From Octopus sinensis (lineage: Eukaryota), in NCBI RefSeq assembly GCF_006345805.1, contig NC_043006.1, positions 29,574,001 through 29,638,000 on the forward strand: a stretch of 64,000 bases of DNA, read 5' to 3'. The position numbers were made by a program, and so were the translations under genes. The notes beneath the pieces were generated by a model that saw nothing but the letters and a program-made list of their open reading frames with translations, was not told where the DNA came from and made no database searches. Below are positions 52,270 through 64,000 of this stretch, piece by piece (within the stretch, counting starts at the first letter, position 1; each line of letters begins with the position of its first letter).

Positions 52270-52500
52270 CTCCTTGCCACTTGATAAGTGCACATGACCT
52301 TATCTAAATTGAAGAGTGAGCCTCTGCCATCTCTTGCATCTGTACTTGGATGAAGTACCCAGTCGAGGTCTAGGTTGCCCTGCCCCAACAACCACTGACA
52401 TATGCTACAAGAATGCATGCCACTTATGAAGGCATCTCTTACAGCCGAAACAGCTTTGTAGCCACAGTCTTTTGCTAAAAGTTTGAGCTTCTGGAGGTGT
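52270..52500 (-). mobile_element. Ty3/Gypsy gag-like relic
   Basis: LQKLKLLAKDCGYKAVSAVRDAFISGMHSCSICQWLL resembles the LAKDC.F...IRDAFISGL...IRQRLL gag motif. Confidence 0.6.
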
Positions 52501-52922
52501 TGATCTAAACTTTGTCCCTACACCTGCTTGCAAGTGTATAACAGGTGATGTGCATACATTGCATTCTCTGGTTTCACATATCGTGAGGTAAGAATGTCAA
52601 CGGCCCTGTTGTATGTGTTGCAGTCTGCAATATATTCATTTTCATACCAAAGCCTCGTTTTCAAATGACTGTAGTAATATTAACAGAAGTGAATATAACA
52701 TGCATAGTTACAGTAATAATATCAGTAATTATTAGCCCAGTAACATTATATTTTATGAATGCATAGATAGAAATAACATCATAAATGATATTTCATTAAT
52801 GTTTGTGTTGAAGAAAGCAGTTAAGTATTATAAAACTTTTTGCATCTGGAAATGGAATCAACGAACAAGAGAAAGGACAAATCTTCAAAAAAATATTTTA
52901 GAAAGGTTTTGTCAATACTTAC

Positions 52923-53068
52923 GAATCTGATGAGTCCCTGATGTATTAAATATATAAGAGTGTCTACAACGAGCAAGTGTCTTGTCGCTTGTGACATTTT
53001 CCACAAAGAATTTTGTATTATCTATACTCCAGAAAATGTTACTATGCCAGTTGGTTCAGCAGTTTCAT
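52923..53068 (-). CDS. PKD-repeat exon (first half of a repeat) with apparent 1-nt frameshift near its 5' end
   Basis: Acceptor ctttttacatttttctttacAG at 53070-53069; donor GTAAGT at 52922. The 3' part reads FWSIDNTKFFVENVTSDKTLARCRHSYIFNTSGTHQI and ends in phase 1 (C), completing R with the next exon's GT. Length is 146 nt and the 3' frame has two TGA codons near the acceptor. Not in the supplied ORF track in this frame. Confidence 0.8.
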
Positions 53069-53399
53069 CTGTAAAGAAAAATGTAAAAAGATTTTTATAT
53101 AATTTTCATGTTTATAAGAACCTATTTGACATTGTTTAATAATAATAATATCTTTTGTATGATATGAGCTGGTTGGACAAGAGTGATAAGGCAAGTGAAG
53201 AACTCCCACTTAATCAGGAAGACTTTAATTGCAGTGACATCGCTGTGTTGCAGGCACACAATATATGAAGACAACAATGACTATAGGCACAGGGCCTGAA
53301 TTTTGGTCAGAGGGGACGAGTTGATTACATCAACCCCTGAGCTCAACTGTTCCATATTTTATCCACCCTGCAACTGAGACTACAAAGCTGTGGCCAGCA

Positions 53400-53930
53400 G
53401 GAAAGGATTCAGCCTCACATCTTTGAACAGGGCCTTAGGCTCTATATGAAGCTGCTGGAGGTTGTGAACACTGTTCAGCTGAAGAAGGTTACTGCTGGAA
53501 AAGCCATATATGAATGGCAGTAGGATATGGCCCCTTACCATGCCTCCAGATAAGAAAATCAGAAGTGGTTATTGGAGAATAACTAGCCTCCTAGTTCCTC
53601 TGACTGTAAGCCCATAGATTACTATGTGTGGGGCACAACTCAGAAAGACACCAACCACTCTGCCTGTAACACACCAAAGCTGAGATGGTGGTCAAGATGA
53701 AGGAGGTGTCTGAAGATCTTCCTAGGGACACAGAGAGGAATGCAAGCACCAGGTTCCAAAGCCATCTTGAGGCCATGATGGAAGCTGACGGTGAGTGTTT
53801 TGAGGAAACTGTTACCTTCCAGCCACAATCTAGTTGACATCTTTTGACTTTTAAAAATACTTTTATTTTTGGATAGGACACTGTCTTCTTTTCCATTTTC
53901 ACAAACTGTCAAATTTAGCACAAACAACTC
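53400..53930 (+). mobile_element. DD37D-type transposase 3' relic
   Basis: FEQGLRL...GKAIYEWQ*DMAPYHASR...SDCKPIDYYVWG. Confidence 0.85.
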
Positions 53931-54621
53931 AATATTGTTGACATCATAAGATCTTTATAAACTCTCAAGAGAATGGAAAATGATTTTTTGGTGGGAACAG
54001 TGTGATCTCAAAGTTTTATGTACTCCAAGAACTATTGTTGCAAGAAAGAATTTTTAAAATTTTATATATATATATCATCATCATTTAACATCTGTTGCCC
54101 ATGCTGGCATGGGTTGGACAGTTTGACTGGGCTGACACGCTGCATTTAATTAATTGCCTCAAATTCATCTTACTCTAATCAAATATTCTAAATGACCTGA
54201 AATACTTGTCTTGCCTTGGTTTCATTGTCCATATTCCTCTATGCTGTGTTTGAGAAGAAAATCTGTCAAGCCAAGTGAAATCGTAGTCATGGCAGATACA
54301 GATGTTGTGAGAACGGCACCCATGCCAGTGGCATGTAAAAACACCCATTACACTCTCAGAGCAGTCAACGTTAGGAAGTGCATCCAGCCATAAAAACCAA
54401 GCCAGGTCAGACTGGAGTCTAGTGCAGCCTTCTAGTTTGCCAGCCCTGGTCAAACTGTCCAACCCATGCCAGCATGGGCAACAGATGTTAAATGATGATG
54501 ATGATGATATATATGACATTTGTCATAAATGTAAATCATGTTGAGATGTCAGAATTTTATACAAGGAATATATATTCATAATATATTTAACTTACTGTCT
54601 CTTTCTCTCTAACCCATAAGT

Positions 54622-54834
54622 GTATACTCTTTATTCTTTTACTTGTTTCAGTCATTTTGACTGCGGCTATGTTGGAGCACTGCCTTTAGTCGAGCAAATC
54701 GACCCCGGGACTTATTCTTTGTAAGCCCAGTACTTATTCTATCGGTCTCTTTTGCTGAACCGCTAGGTGACGGGGACGTAACACACCAGCATCGGTTGTC
54801 AAGCAATGCTAGGGGGACAAACACAGACACACAA

Positions 54835-54877
<43 letters not shown>

Positions 54878-55050
54878 CTTATATATACGACAGGCTTCTT
54901 TCAGTTTCCGTCAACCAAATCCACTCACAAGGCATTGGTCGGCCTGGGGCTATAGCAGAAGACACTTGCCCAAGATGCCACGCAGTGGGACTGAACCCGG
55001 AACCATGAGGTTGGTAAGCAAGCTACTTACCACACAGCCACTCCTGCGCC
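54622..55050 (-). mobile_element. Full-length young SINE family 1
   Basis: Reverse complement begins GGCGCAGGAGTGGCTGTGTGGTAAG...GGTTCAGTCCC; central (CA)n; short AAAAGA(A/G)T tail. Confidence 0.9.
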
Positions 55051-57776
55051 TTGTGTGTGCATTCAGGTAGACATACACATAGGCATGTGCAAGTGTTATT
55101 GCGAATGTTCTTACACAAACTGAGACATATTCCTTTCATTTTGAATCCCAATGAAATATCCAGAACTACCATATTCTAGAACCTGCTGTCATTCCACGCA
55201 TGTCCAACGTTTCACAAATGACAAGAATTAATTACTTTATAAAATAAATATTTCCATGAGAAAATTTTTACTTCTACCAACCATTAATGAAACAAAATTC
55301 TTTAAGATATCTACACCTGCTTTCTAACAGGGGAAATTTGTTGATTTATTATAATCAGGAATTTATTTTGGTGTTGTAAGATTGTCAAAATGATGAATAC
55401 TTTGCATAAGTTGTAACAAAATTAGATTAGCAGGTGTTAATGATTAAAAGTGAAATAGCAAAAATGGTAAAACATCAGATCAAATGTCCAATACAATGCA
55501 GTGACATCTCTTTATATTTCTAAGTTCAAATTCCACTACAGTGAATAATATAAGTGCCACTAATAATTTCTGTACACATGTGACCTTATGTAACCGTGTG
55601 CTGATCAGAGAAACCAAAATGGCAATAATATGGCTGGCATCAAAGTACACATTTTAATACTATTTAAACAATGATGCTAGGTCAAAGTTCTACCAAGGTG
55701 AACTTTTTTGTTTCTCACATTGAAGTCTATAAAATATTTATCTATGATGTTTCTCTTTACCAATTGTTCCTCTTCCCTCCAAGAAGTTGTGATTAACCTA
55801 AATAAATCGAAGGTTTTTCTTTTTGTCTTTCTTTCTTCCCCTTCCCACTCCCAATACCTTTTACATTCCTTTTTCCATGTCAATATTGTTGACCAATTCT
55901 GCAAAACTTGGTGTTTGCAGCAATTATTGTAAGTGTTACAAATCTTAGAATGATAGAATAAAATAACATTAAAAATTCTTAAGATAAGAAACTATTGGAA
56001 ACTACAAAAATGAGAAGCTGTTTGCAAAATGTTGAGAAACCAATGTTTAGCTCCAATTTCATGGTGTTAAGAGAATGAAGGTTAAGTTACTCCTTTAATG
56101 ACATTTTCAACAGATCTGGTATTTATTCTGCTTGCAATCAGGTGGTGGTTGGCAACAGGAAGTACATTTCACTGCAGAAAATCTGCCTCAATAAACTCTG
56201 TCTGTTTAGGCATGGAAAAGTGGATGGTAAAATGAGGATGATACTGAAACAAGAAACAGGATTGCAGCAAGGTTGCATAAGATACTGAAACAGGTTAATT
56301 ATTTGGGAAACAAAACAAACAAAGGCAACCAGCTTCAATGAGAGTGAAAAAGCCTCATCTAAATAGAACCTGCTACAATTCTCTTCTGGGTCATTTCCCA
56401 CAAGCAAGCCTTAGCCAAGTCATCAAGAAGTATATATTCTCAAGGCAGTGATTACTTAACCACTGACTGATCCTTGGTGGGGTCTTCAACATTTATCTAT
56501 CCTTTAACAGTTCCAGTCATTTCACCCGTGCCCACCTCCTCTACAATCAGAAGGTATTTGCTTTGTTCTTTAATCTTTTTATATCAAATTAAGTCAGCGA
56601 AAATTAAGTCAGTTCAAGATTGGAGGCATTTTCTTGGGGGTTTTCTTATTTGCTTTTAGACTAGGATCATCGTTCCTTCCTCCCTTTCTTTCTTCCTTTT
56701 TCTTTCTATTCTTGCTCTCCCTTATGGTTTCCCACCTTCCTCGCCACCACTGTAAAACAAAAAAGGGAAACTACAACTCATAGCCTGGAGCACGATCTGC
56801 TGGGCTAACACAAAACATCTTTCAGTTTTTCAGTACTCAGCCTTATGGGTCCCAAGTGCAAATGAGAACTGAAGATGGGGCAACTAGCTTTTGTCTTTAC
56901 TTTCTTCCTCTTTCTTCTCACGTGGACAACTGCATATGAGCACCTGATGCAAACCCTTTTCTGCAGTTGTACATTGTTTGATAATAATGATGGCAGAAAG
57001 CCAACCTGGATTAAATGTGAAGATGATAAAAGATATTAAACTTAACAAATAAGGGGGCAAACTGGCAGAATCATTAGCATATTGGGCAAAAGGTTCAGCA
57101 GCATTTCTTCTGTCTTTTTGTTCTGAGTTCAAATTCACCCAAAGTTGACTTTGTCTTTTATCGTTTAGGGGTTGATAAAATAAGTATTAGTCGAACACTG
57201 GGGTCAGTGTAATAGACTTATCCACTCCCTGCCACAAAAAAAAAAAAATACTGGCTTTGTACAGAAATTTAAAATTAATATAAATGGAACAAATAACTTC
57301 AAAATATTCTTCCAAAGGACGTTTATGTCTCATGATAATGTTATCAAAGGACCAACATCACTAGCTTCAGTGATTGCAGTGAACCTTCCATTTAATGGTG
57401 TGATCCCCAATAGTAATATTTCAAACAGATCAGCATCACCAGTTCTCCAGTTACCACTGTGACTAATATGTAATCTCCAACACTGCCAACCATTCTGCCA
57501 ACTAAATTATGCTGGTCTTCATGACAGCCTGACGAGGGCTACAATACACAATGTAGGGGGCTGTTGAATCACAAAGGAAATTCAGAAACCACAAACATAT
57601 AATGACTGATAGGAGTTATCTTTCATGACTAGAATAATATCATCATCAACATCATTATTGTTATTGTCATCATCATCATAATCACCATCACCATCATCAT
57701 CATCATCAACATCAACATCATCATTTAACATCTGCTTTTCATGTTGGAATGGGTTGGAGAGTTTGACAGGAGTTGG

Positions 57777-57999
57777 AGGCGGCAAGCTGGCAGAATCGTT
57801 AGCGCGCCGGGCAAAATGCTTAGTGGTATTTCGTCTGTCGTTACGTTCTGAGTTCAAATTCTGCCGAGGTCGACTTTGCCTTTCATCCTCTCGGGGTCGA
57901 TAAATAAAGTACCAGTTATGCACTGGGGTCGATATAATTGACTTAATCCCTTTGTCTGTCCTTGTTTGTCCCCTCTATGTTTAGCCCCTTGTGGGAAAG
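57777..57999 (+). mobile_element. Young SINE family 2 inserted into an RTE 3' UTR copy, with 9-bp TSD
   Basis: TSD AGGAGTTGG at 57768-57776 and 58000-58008; A-box TGGCAGAATCG and B-box GAGTTCAAATTC. Confidence 0.9.
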
Positions 58000-60900
58000 A
58001 GGAGTTGGTAAGGCTAGGGTGCACACCAGGCTGCAGCTGTATGTTTTGGTAATGGTTTCTATGGCTGGATACCCTTCCTAACACCAACCACTTTACATAG
58101 TGGACTGGGTGTCTTTTACGTGGCACCAGCACCATTATATATTTATGTGTTATATATATATTTAGAGTATTCTATAATTCTTAATCTGTCTTCACACTGT
58201 GTCTTTCAACTGAGTCTGTGGGATTGCTGTTATGCTAAATGCTGTTGTGGCATTGCATGTATTTTACATGTGGTGCTCTTAGGCAGGAGTTCAATCCTGG
58301 AGACTGTTGTGTCACTTGAATAACAATGGAAAACTATAATAACAGACAACTCAAGTTTTGAACTTGCCGTTAGAGATTTATACCAACATCATAAACATAC
58401 CATGTCATTGCTTCTATTAGAAATCAATAAAGTATCATGTTAGGAACAAATGTGCAGCACAATTATGTTGTCAAGAATAACTGCGCAGTATATGTTGTCA
58501 GGAAGAACAGTGCAATGCAGAACAAATGCAGACACATGTTGTATGTGACAGTGATTGTGAAAACAGAAAATCACGAAACTTAATTAGGGTGACAGGTGTT
58601 GTTGTTTAGCTTGATTGACCTGACCTAGGAGCAAAGGCATTCCAGATGAAGCCAGCTGGCTATTTTAGCAGACACTGTAAACTATATTATCCAATATAAT
58701 TCTTTTAAAACAATAAGATGTAATTTGAAGGAAATTTGGTTGCTATTTCTAACAGATTAAGCAACTAAAGAAAGGTTTCTTCATTTCAATGGTGATCAAC
58801 ACAGTTGAATAATACACATGGAGCAGAGTTGTTACTGTGCGTTCATTAGACATAATTAGTTGCAATTAGTGATAAAGTAATTTGTAAAAAGGAAAAAAAA
58901 AAGCAAGAAAACAATCTTTAAAATATCATTTGTGTTAAATAGAAAATTGCTAAGAAATCAAAATTAAGAACTGTATATAAGAAAGAAGACTTAAGTGGCA
59001 AAGAGAAACTAGATTGGATGGCAACTATTGATTTTGCCATTGTAAACAATTTGAATTGAAATGTGTTTTCACCTGGCTGTAGAAAAATACCTGTAGAGAT
59101 TAGCTGACAAACTTGTTAAGAAGTAATTAAAGGAAAACTGAAAATACTGGACCTCACAAAAAACCTGAGGACAACTATTACAGACCTATCCAATTCATGC
59201 TACCACCGAAAAGAAAGGTATTAGGATGCTGATGATAATGATGATGGCGAAGGTGGGGGTAGCAATGGCAATCATAGTGACTATGATGTAGATAATATTT
59301 GTATCAACTGATAATGTATACCCAATAACTAGTGATCGTTGTTGTCCCTGCTGCCGTCATCACCACCGCCGCCACCGCTGTCATTATCATCATCATCATC
59401 ATCATTGAACATCCATTTTCCATTCTGGGATGGGTTGGATGGTTTGACAGGATCTAGCAAGGCCAGGAGCCAGACCAGGGTCTACTGTCTGTTCTGGCAT
59501 GGTTTCTACAACTGGATGCTCTTCCGAATGCCAGTACAGGGTACTTTTTTTACATGGTACCAGCTATGGTATGTGAGATAATGGTCTAATACAAGGATTT
59601 TCAGAGAATTCGCACCTTCTGTATGCTATAAGTATCTTAACATTAAAACATATCTACAAGTAGAATGATAAGAATATGGTCTTTCCTATAAACATACAAG
59701 CAGTAGTATCAAACCTTGCTCAGTTATTAATATCATATTTATTCACATAACGTACTTTTTCCCAGATTTTTAAGCCAAGAAATAAAGGATGTGCATTAAG
59801 TGTCACCCCAATTTTCTCTCTGATATGTACACAATTTATGTTCCATAATATAACAGAAAATACTGGAAGGAATCATTTGAAATATTAAAATCTGAATTTT
59901 ATGGGAAAAAAATTTAATCAAAAAAGGTTTCAAATTTTGGGATAAGCACATCAACTTCTACAGCTTATAATTTTATTTGATGTTTTTCAAAAGTTGAGAG
60001 AGAGAGGAGAGAAAGAGTGTGTGTGAGTAAAAATTAACATTACAGATTCAAATTGTGATGATTTTAGGAGAACTGTAATAACTTTTGTTTGAAATGGAGA
60101 TCTTTTGTTTTAAATGCAACTAACAGAGCAGAATGGGCCAAGATATTTATTAAATATGAGAAACAGGAACAATTTGAGGGAGAATTGGCAGCTACGCATA
60201 TATATATGTCTGTATGCATGCATTCATATATACAAGCATACATGCATACACACACACACACATTTCCTTCCTTCGTTATGTTTTCCTGTTTGTATGGGTT
60301 GAATGGGGATGTAGTTGAGTCTGGGTGCTCCTCCTCCTGCCAACTCTTACGTGTTTATTAAGTAAGGGATCTTTTTTTTTTTTATTCTATAGGTCTTTCA
60401 AAGTGCAAAGTGGTAATTTCAACAAGGAGTATAAACAAAACTATATCAATCTTCATATTTCTCTTTCCACTACTCTATGCCACATTGCTCATGGATGTCT
60501 CTCACAGGAGTTTTCATGACTATGGTCTTGGACTATCTGCACGGTTTGCCAACCCATCTGCTGGATGCTTTTATGAGACACCATTTGTTAGCCCGCCATG
60601 AGCTCGTCTGTCCTTTAACAAATCTTGTTTTTATCCCCTTATTAGGTCCTTCCTCACTGGGCAAGCCAGGTGGGGGAATCAGTTTAGTAAGTGACCACCC
60701 AACCATGAAACAGGTAGTACAGGGTTACATGGTACCAGTAACAGGATTTTCCTAACCTGACACATTTACATACACATATGAAGGGCTGCCTACAGTTTCT
60801 GATTAACAAATTCATTCAAAACGTGTTGGTTGACCCAGCTCATGATAGAAAATACTTACCCATGGTGCTGTACAATGGGATTGAGCTGAAAACCAGGTTG

Positions 60901-63687
60901 TTGTGAGATGAATTTCTTAAACTCATAAGACTTTTTCTGGTCAGCCTGAAGATGCTACGTTGGAAGACACTGGGACAGAAATATGTCGTTCTGAATGGAA
61001 CTTCTTAATCACACGGCTAAGTCTAAGCTTCATATGCATTTATAAGATTTATAAGATTTTGATTTAAGGGAGGTTTGGCTGCTATTTCTGACATGTCTTG
61101 ATTTCATGAAAGGATCTTATTTGTACACACACACACACACACACACACACAAAACAACACAACACAACACAAAATAGTAAGGTGTTGTTCAAGGGAAATT
61201 AGAGGCTGCCCTTTGGTAAGTACAACAAGAACAACTCAGAGTTAGAAGACTTCTTTTGCCATGTCACCATTTTAAAAATTTTGGTCATCAAACTTTTTGA
61301 ACAAGTAGAAGACAAATCAAAGAGATAAGCCAAGATATTGACCTAAAGAATATAATATTTGAGAATTAAGTCATTCATTGATTGTGCAACTTTTCAATAG
61401 ATGTGTCTAAGAAGAAGAAGGAATCAGTAAGGTGAACGATTAAGCCATAGCCCTGTTTAAAGCAAGTACAATAGGGTTAGTCAGACAACTTACAAGATAA
61501 AGATAAAAAAACAGTTAAAATTTTTAAAAACAACTCATTTAAAAGTTCCAGTGAAACTGTGGGAAAAGAATTGCGATGTAACATACAGAGAAACTTGTAC
61601 TTGCAAACCTGAACATAAAATGTCTAACATAAAACATGAGAGCTGTATAATTTATCCAGCACTAAGACAAAACTAAATTCATTGTTCTTTTATTCTTACT
61701 CGTGTCAGCAATTTGTTTGGATAGCTGAACAGTTGTCATTTTTGTAATCAAAAGTAAATCCTGCCATGGAACAACAAAATAAACATTTACTTTATGAGTC
61801 AGTTATAAATACAGATTTATTTTCCCAGTTATAAATATGATTTACTTTCCCAGTGAAGGTGACTCGTGTGGGGTGACAAGAAAGGACAAAAATAAATAAA
61901 TGAATAAATAATGGCGATGAGGTTTCTGAGTGAATCTTCAGTGCATGGTTCGGGTAGAAATGAGTGAAGCGGTAGGAGCTGGAGTGAGAGAAGAGTGGAA
62001 GATGGTTGATAGTGTGGAACAGCAGAATAATAATGATGAAAGAGTAGACAGGAGAAGGATGAGAGGCAAGGGATAGTGTTTGGTAAACTAGAGGAGTGAA
62101 TGGGGAAGAGAGAGAGGTAGGAATAGAATATGAGGAGGGTGAGGGGAGAGATAATTAGTTGCTCAAGGGGAATGGGGGGAATCGGTGAAAATGTCGGTAA
62201 AAAGAACAGCATTAATGGATGAAAGGTGGACAACAAGTGAAATGGCTCTGGGTAGTAAGAAAAGTAAGTAGTATCAAGGAAGAGGTGATGAGTGGTGGAG
62301 AGGATGTCTCAGGGAGGAAAGAAATTGGGTGAAAGACAGTTGTGCAGGCATATTAACATCAACATCTTTTAAAGCCCATTCGACCCATGCTGGGGGAAGG
62401 GGGCTGGGGTAAGTGTCCTTAACTATATGGGGGAGATCAGTATTTGAGGGAGACCCGGCTTCAGTGGTTTGTAATAGAGATACAAGATTGAGTAGTTGGG
62501 AAACTAGAAAGAAGACACAAGTGGTGGTGGAATGCACAAAATTTGTTTCACTTATTCTTCAAACTGGGTTTTTGTAAGGTTCTTTTTCAGAGTGCAATAA
62601 TTTAACTTTTTATTCTTTGACTAGTTTCAAGCACCGTCTCCAAGTGGCCAGCACCAAACAGTCGCTAGTCTCAAAATACCTTCAGTTTGATATTCCCAAA
62701 TCACTCATCTTTCCTGCTTTTGCCATCCTCAGGCCTTAGACTATTTCTCTCCCAGAGCTTCCTCCCCAGAACGATACGTACGTGTCTGCAATTCTCTCCT
62801 CACACTTATTTTTGTTGGAGGTGTTGACTTGCAATTAGACAAATGCTAATGCCTAACCTTAATCTTCCCAGTCACACTGCCTGTGAAGGCCAGGATACAG
62901 ACCCTTCCTTCACACCCAACTAATATCAAAACTAAAAGGGTTTAGTTGATTCTATTGATCTTAGTGCTAACTGCAGTCTGCTAATATTTTATCAATCTTT
63001 TCATCATACCACTGAGTTAAAGAACACAAAAAAATACAACATAATCAAATCTAATTAACACTGATGTAACAAAATACACACACACACACACACAACATAT
63101 ACAACAGCTTCTATTCAGTTTCCATTCATCAAATCTAAGGCTAGAGCAGAAGACACTTGACCTGTGCATGGGGCAGTGAGATCAAAGGCACAACCACTTA
63201 ATGACTGTGCTGTGAATGTGACAAAATTGCATAGCATTGTTTTTGTTTTTACAATGTTTTGTATGAGAGTCATCATCATCATCATCATTGTTTAATGGCC
63301 GCTTTCCATGCTAGCATGGGTTGGACAATTTTGACTGAGGGCTGGCAAACCAGATGGCTGCACCAATCTCCAATCCTGATCTGGCAGAGTTTCTACAGCT
63401 GGATGCCCTTCCTAACGCCAACCACTCCGAGAGTGTAGTGGGCGCTTTTTACGCACTACTCTCTCGACGTGCCGGTGGCACGTAAAAAGTACCCACTACA
63501 CTCTCAGAGTAGTCTTGAAAATATATTATGGGCCGATGAGAAATGAAGATTCAAAAAAGAAGGCCAGGGAAGTCATCAAATGTTTGAAAGTTGTGTTTCA
63601 TATGAAATCATACAGAATAAGAAAGGCTGATTACAAATTATACTTGCTTATGTTTTAGAATAGAGGATCATTAGACTGAAATTAAAT

Positions 63688-64000
63688 ACAGTAGAACCTC
63701 ACAGAACGAGTGCACCATTGAACGAGTAATTTACTGTACGAGCTGAGACTTATGCAAATTTTTGTCTTGAAGTACAATAGGAAATCCACAGGACAAGCAC
63801 ACAAATCATCCCATCTTTAAGGTAATTCAATTAATAAAACCATTCACATATTTCCTTTGCATTCTCTTACATACTTGTAACTACACCTTTTCTGTTTTAA
63901 AACTCATAAAAAATTGTTTTGAGTGGTTTTGGGGGGCTGGAATGGATTAATTATATCTTAGTTAATTTCAATGGGTAAAATTGGTTTGTAAAATGAGACG
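63688..64000. mobile_element. Tigger/pogo-like DNA element end, running off the window
   Basis: Starts TA|CAGTAGAACCTC...AACGAG and has a ...TGGAATGGATTAAT...TTTCAATGGG... subterminal motif; second TIR not visible. Confidence 0.45.

Larger units (their letters stand above)
1062..53068 (-). other. Partial multi-exon gene for a PKD-repeat protein, polycystin-1 family (PKD1/PKD1L1-like); both ends lie outside the window
   Basis: Manual splicing gives a continuous run of PKD repeats. Junctions read GTHQI-R-VHIKNVIS, ELVSLK-NHSFTRVG, KNLSV-IVQSQ, VMRTT-D-VFKKL and TAYNK-A-TTTNW. Repeated motifs are F-x5-6-G[TS]-x4-5-W, DFGDG and H/T-x-[FY]-x-x-x-G-x-[FY]-x-V-x-V-x-A-x-N, with many N-x-S/T sequons. 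Exact orthologue cannot be assigned without a search. Confidence 0.85.

Noticed and set aside
55115-55182. Candidate upstream exon VLEYGSSGYFIGIQNERNMSQF with a GTAAGA phase-2 donor that would fit the alternative 53041 acceptor
   Set aside because: The acceptor has no pyrimidine tract and there is no convincing motif. Kept only as a junction to test in RNA-seq.
57300-57550. Less AT-rich island with short open frames on both strands (a faint Tc1 GVGPL-like motif on -)
   Set aside because: No recognisable domain, and the splice phases do not fit the PKD gene.
59756-59862. Candidate upstream exon FSVILWNINCVHIREK...IWEK (-)
   Set aside because: It ends in phase 0, matching neither acceptor of the 52923 exon, and has no domain similarity.
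61800-62800. Possible Penelope-like relic (purine-rich tract plus faint GIY-YIG resemblance)
   Set aside because: The motifs are too degraded to support a call.
1-64000. Most ORFs in the six-frame track (HTHT, CVCV, YIYI, SLSL, poly-N/Y/D runs, and antisense frames of TEs)
   Set aside because: They are read-throughs of microsatellites or purine/pyrimidine tracts that lack stops, or opposite frames of TE relics; they have no splice or domain support.

Overview
AT-rich eukaryotic DNA saturated with microsatellites and transposons. The repeat families (tRNA-headed SINEs with internal microsatellites, RTE, CR1, R4/Dong, Penelope, DD37D) suggest an octopus or other coleoid cephalopod genome; this is inference, not a database match. 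One host gene is supported: a minus-strand, multi-exon gene for tandem PKD (polycystin-1 Ig-like) repeats, PKD1/PKD1L1-like, with both ends outside the window. I reconstructed six exons by hand: 53068-52923, 30239-29941, 14114-14028, 12625-11377, 1687-1547 and 1247-1062. Five have clear AG/GT ends; the 1062 donor is weaker. The five junctions between these exons are phase-compatible, and four of them join halves of PKD repeats; about 8 repeats are covered. The four middle exons (1,776 nt) are fully open. The two outer ones are damaged: an apparent 1-nt frameshift in 52923-53068, and two in-frame stops in 1062-1247, one at the conserved Trp. The introns (300 bp to about 23 kb) hold nested TEs, intact MITEs with TSDs, a Helitron, a Dong LINE sitting in a (TAA)n tract, several locally copied inverted duplications, and an inverted CR1 pair bracketing two exons. 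No rRNA, true tRNA gene or CRISPR array was found. TE boundaries without TIR/TSD evidence are approximate.
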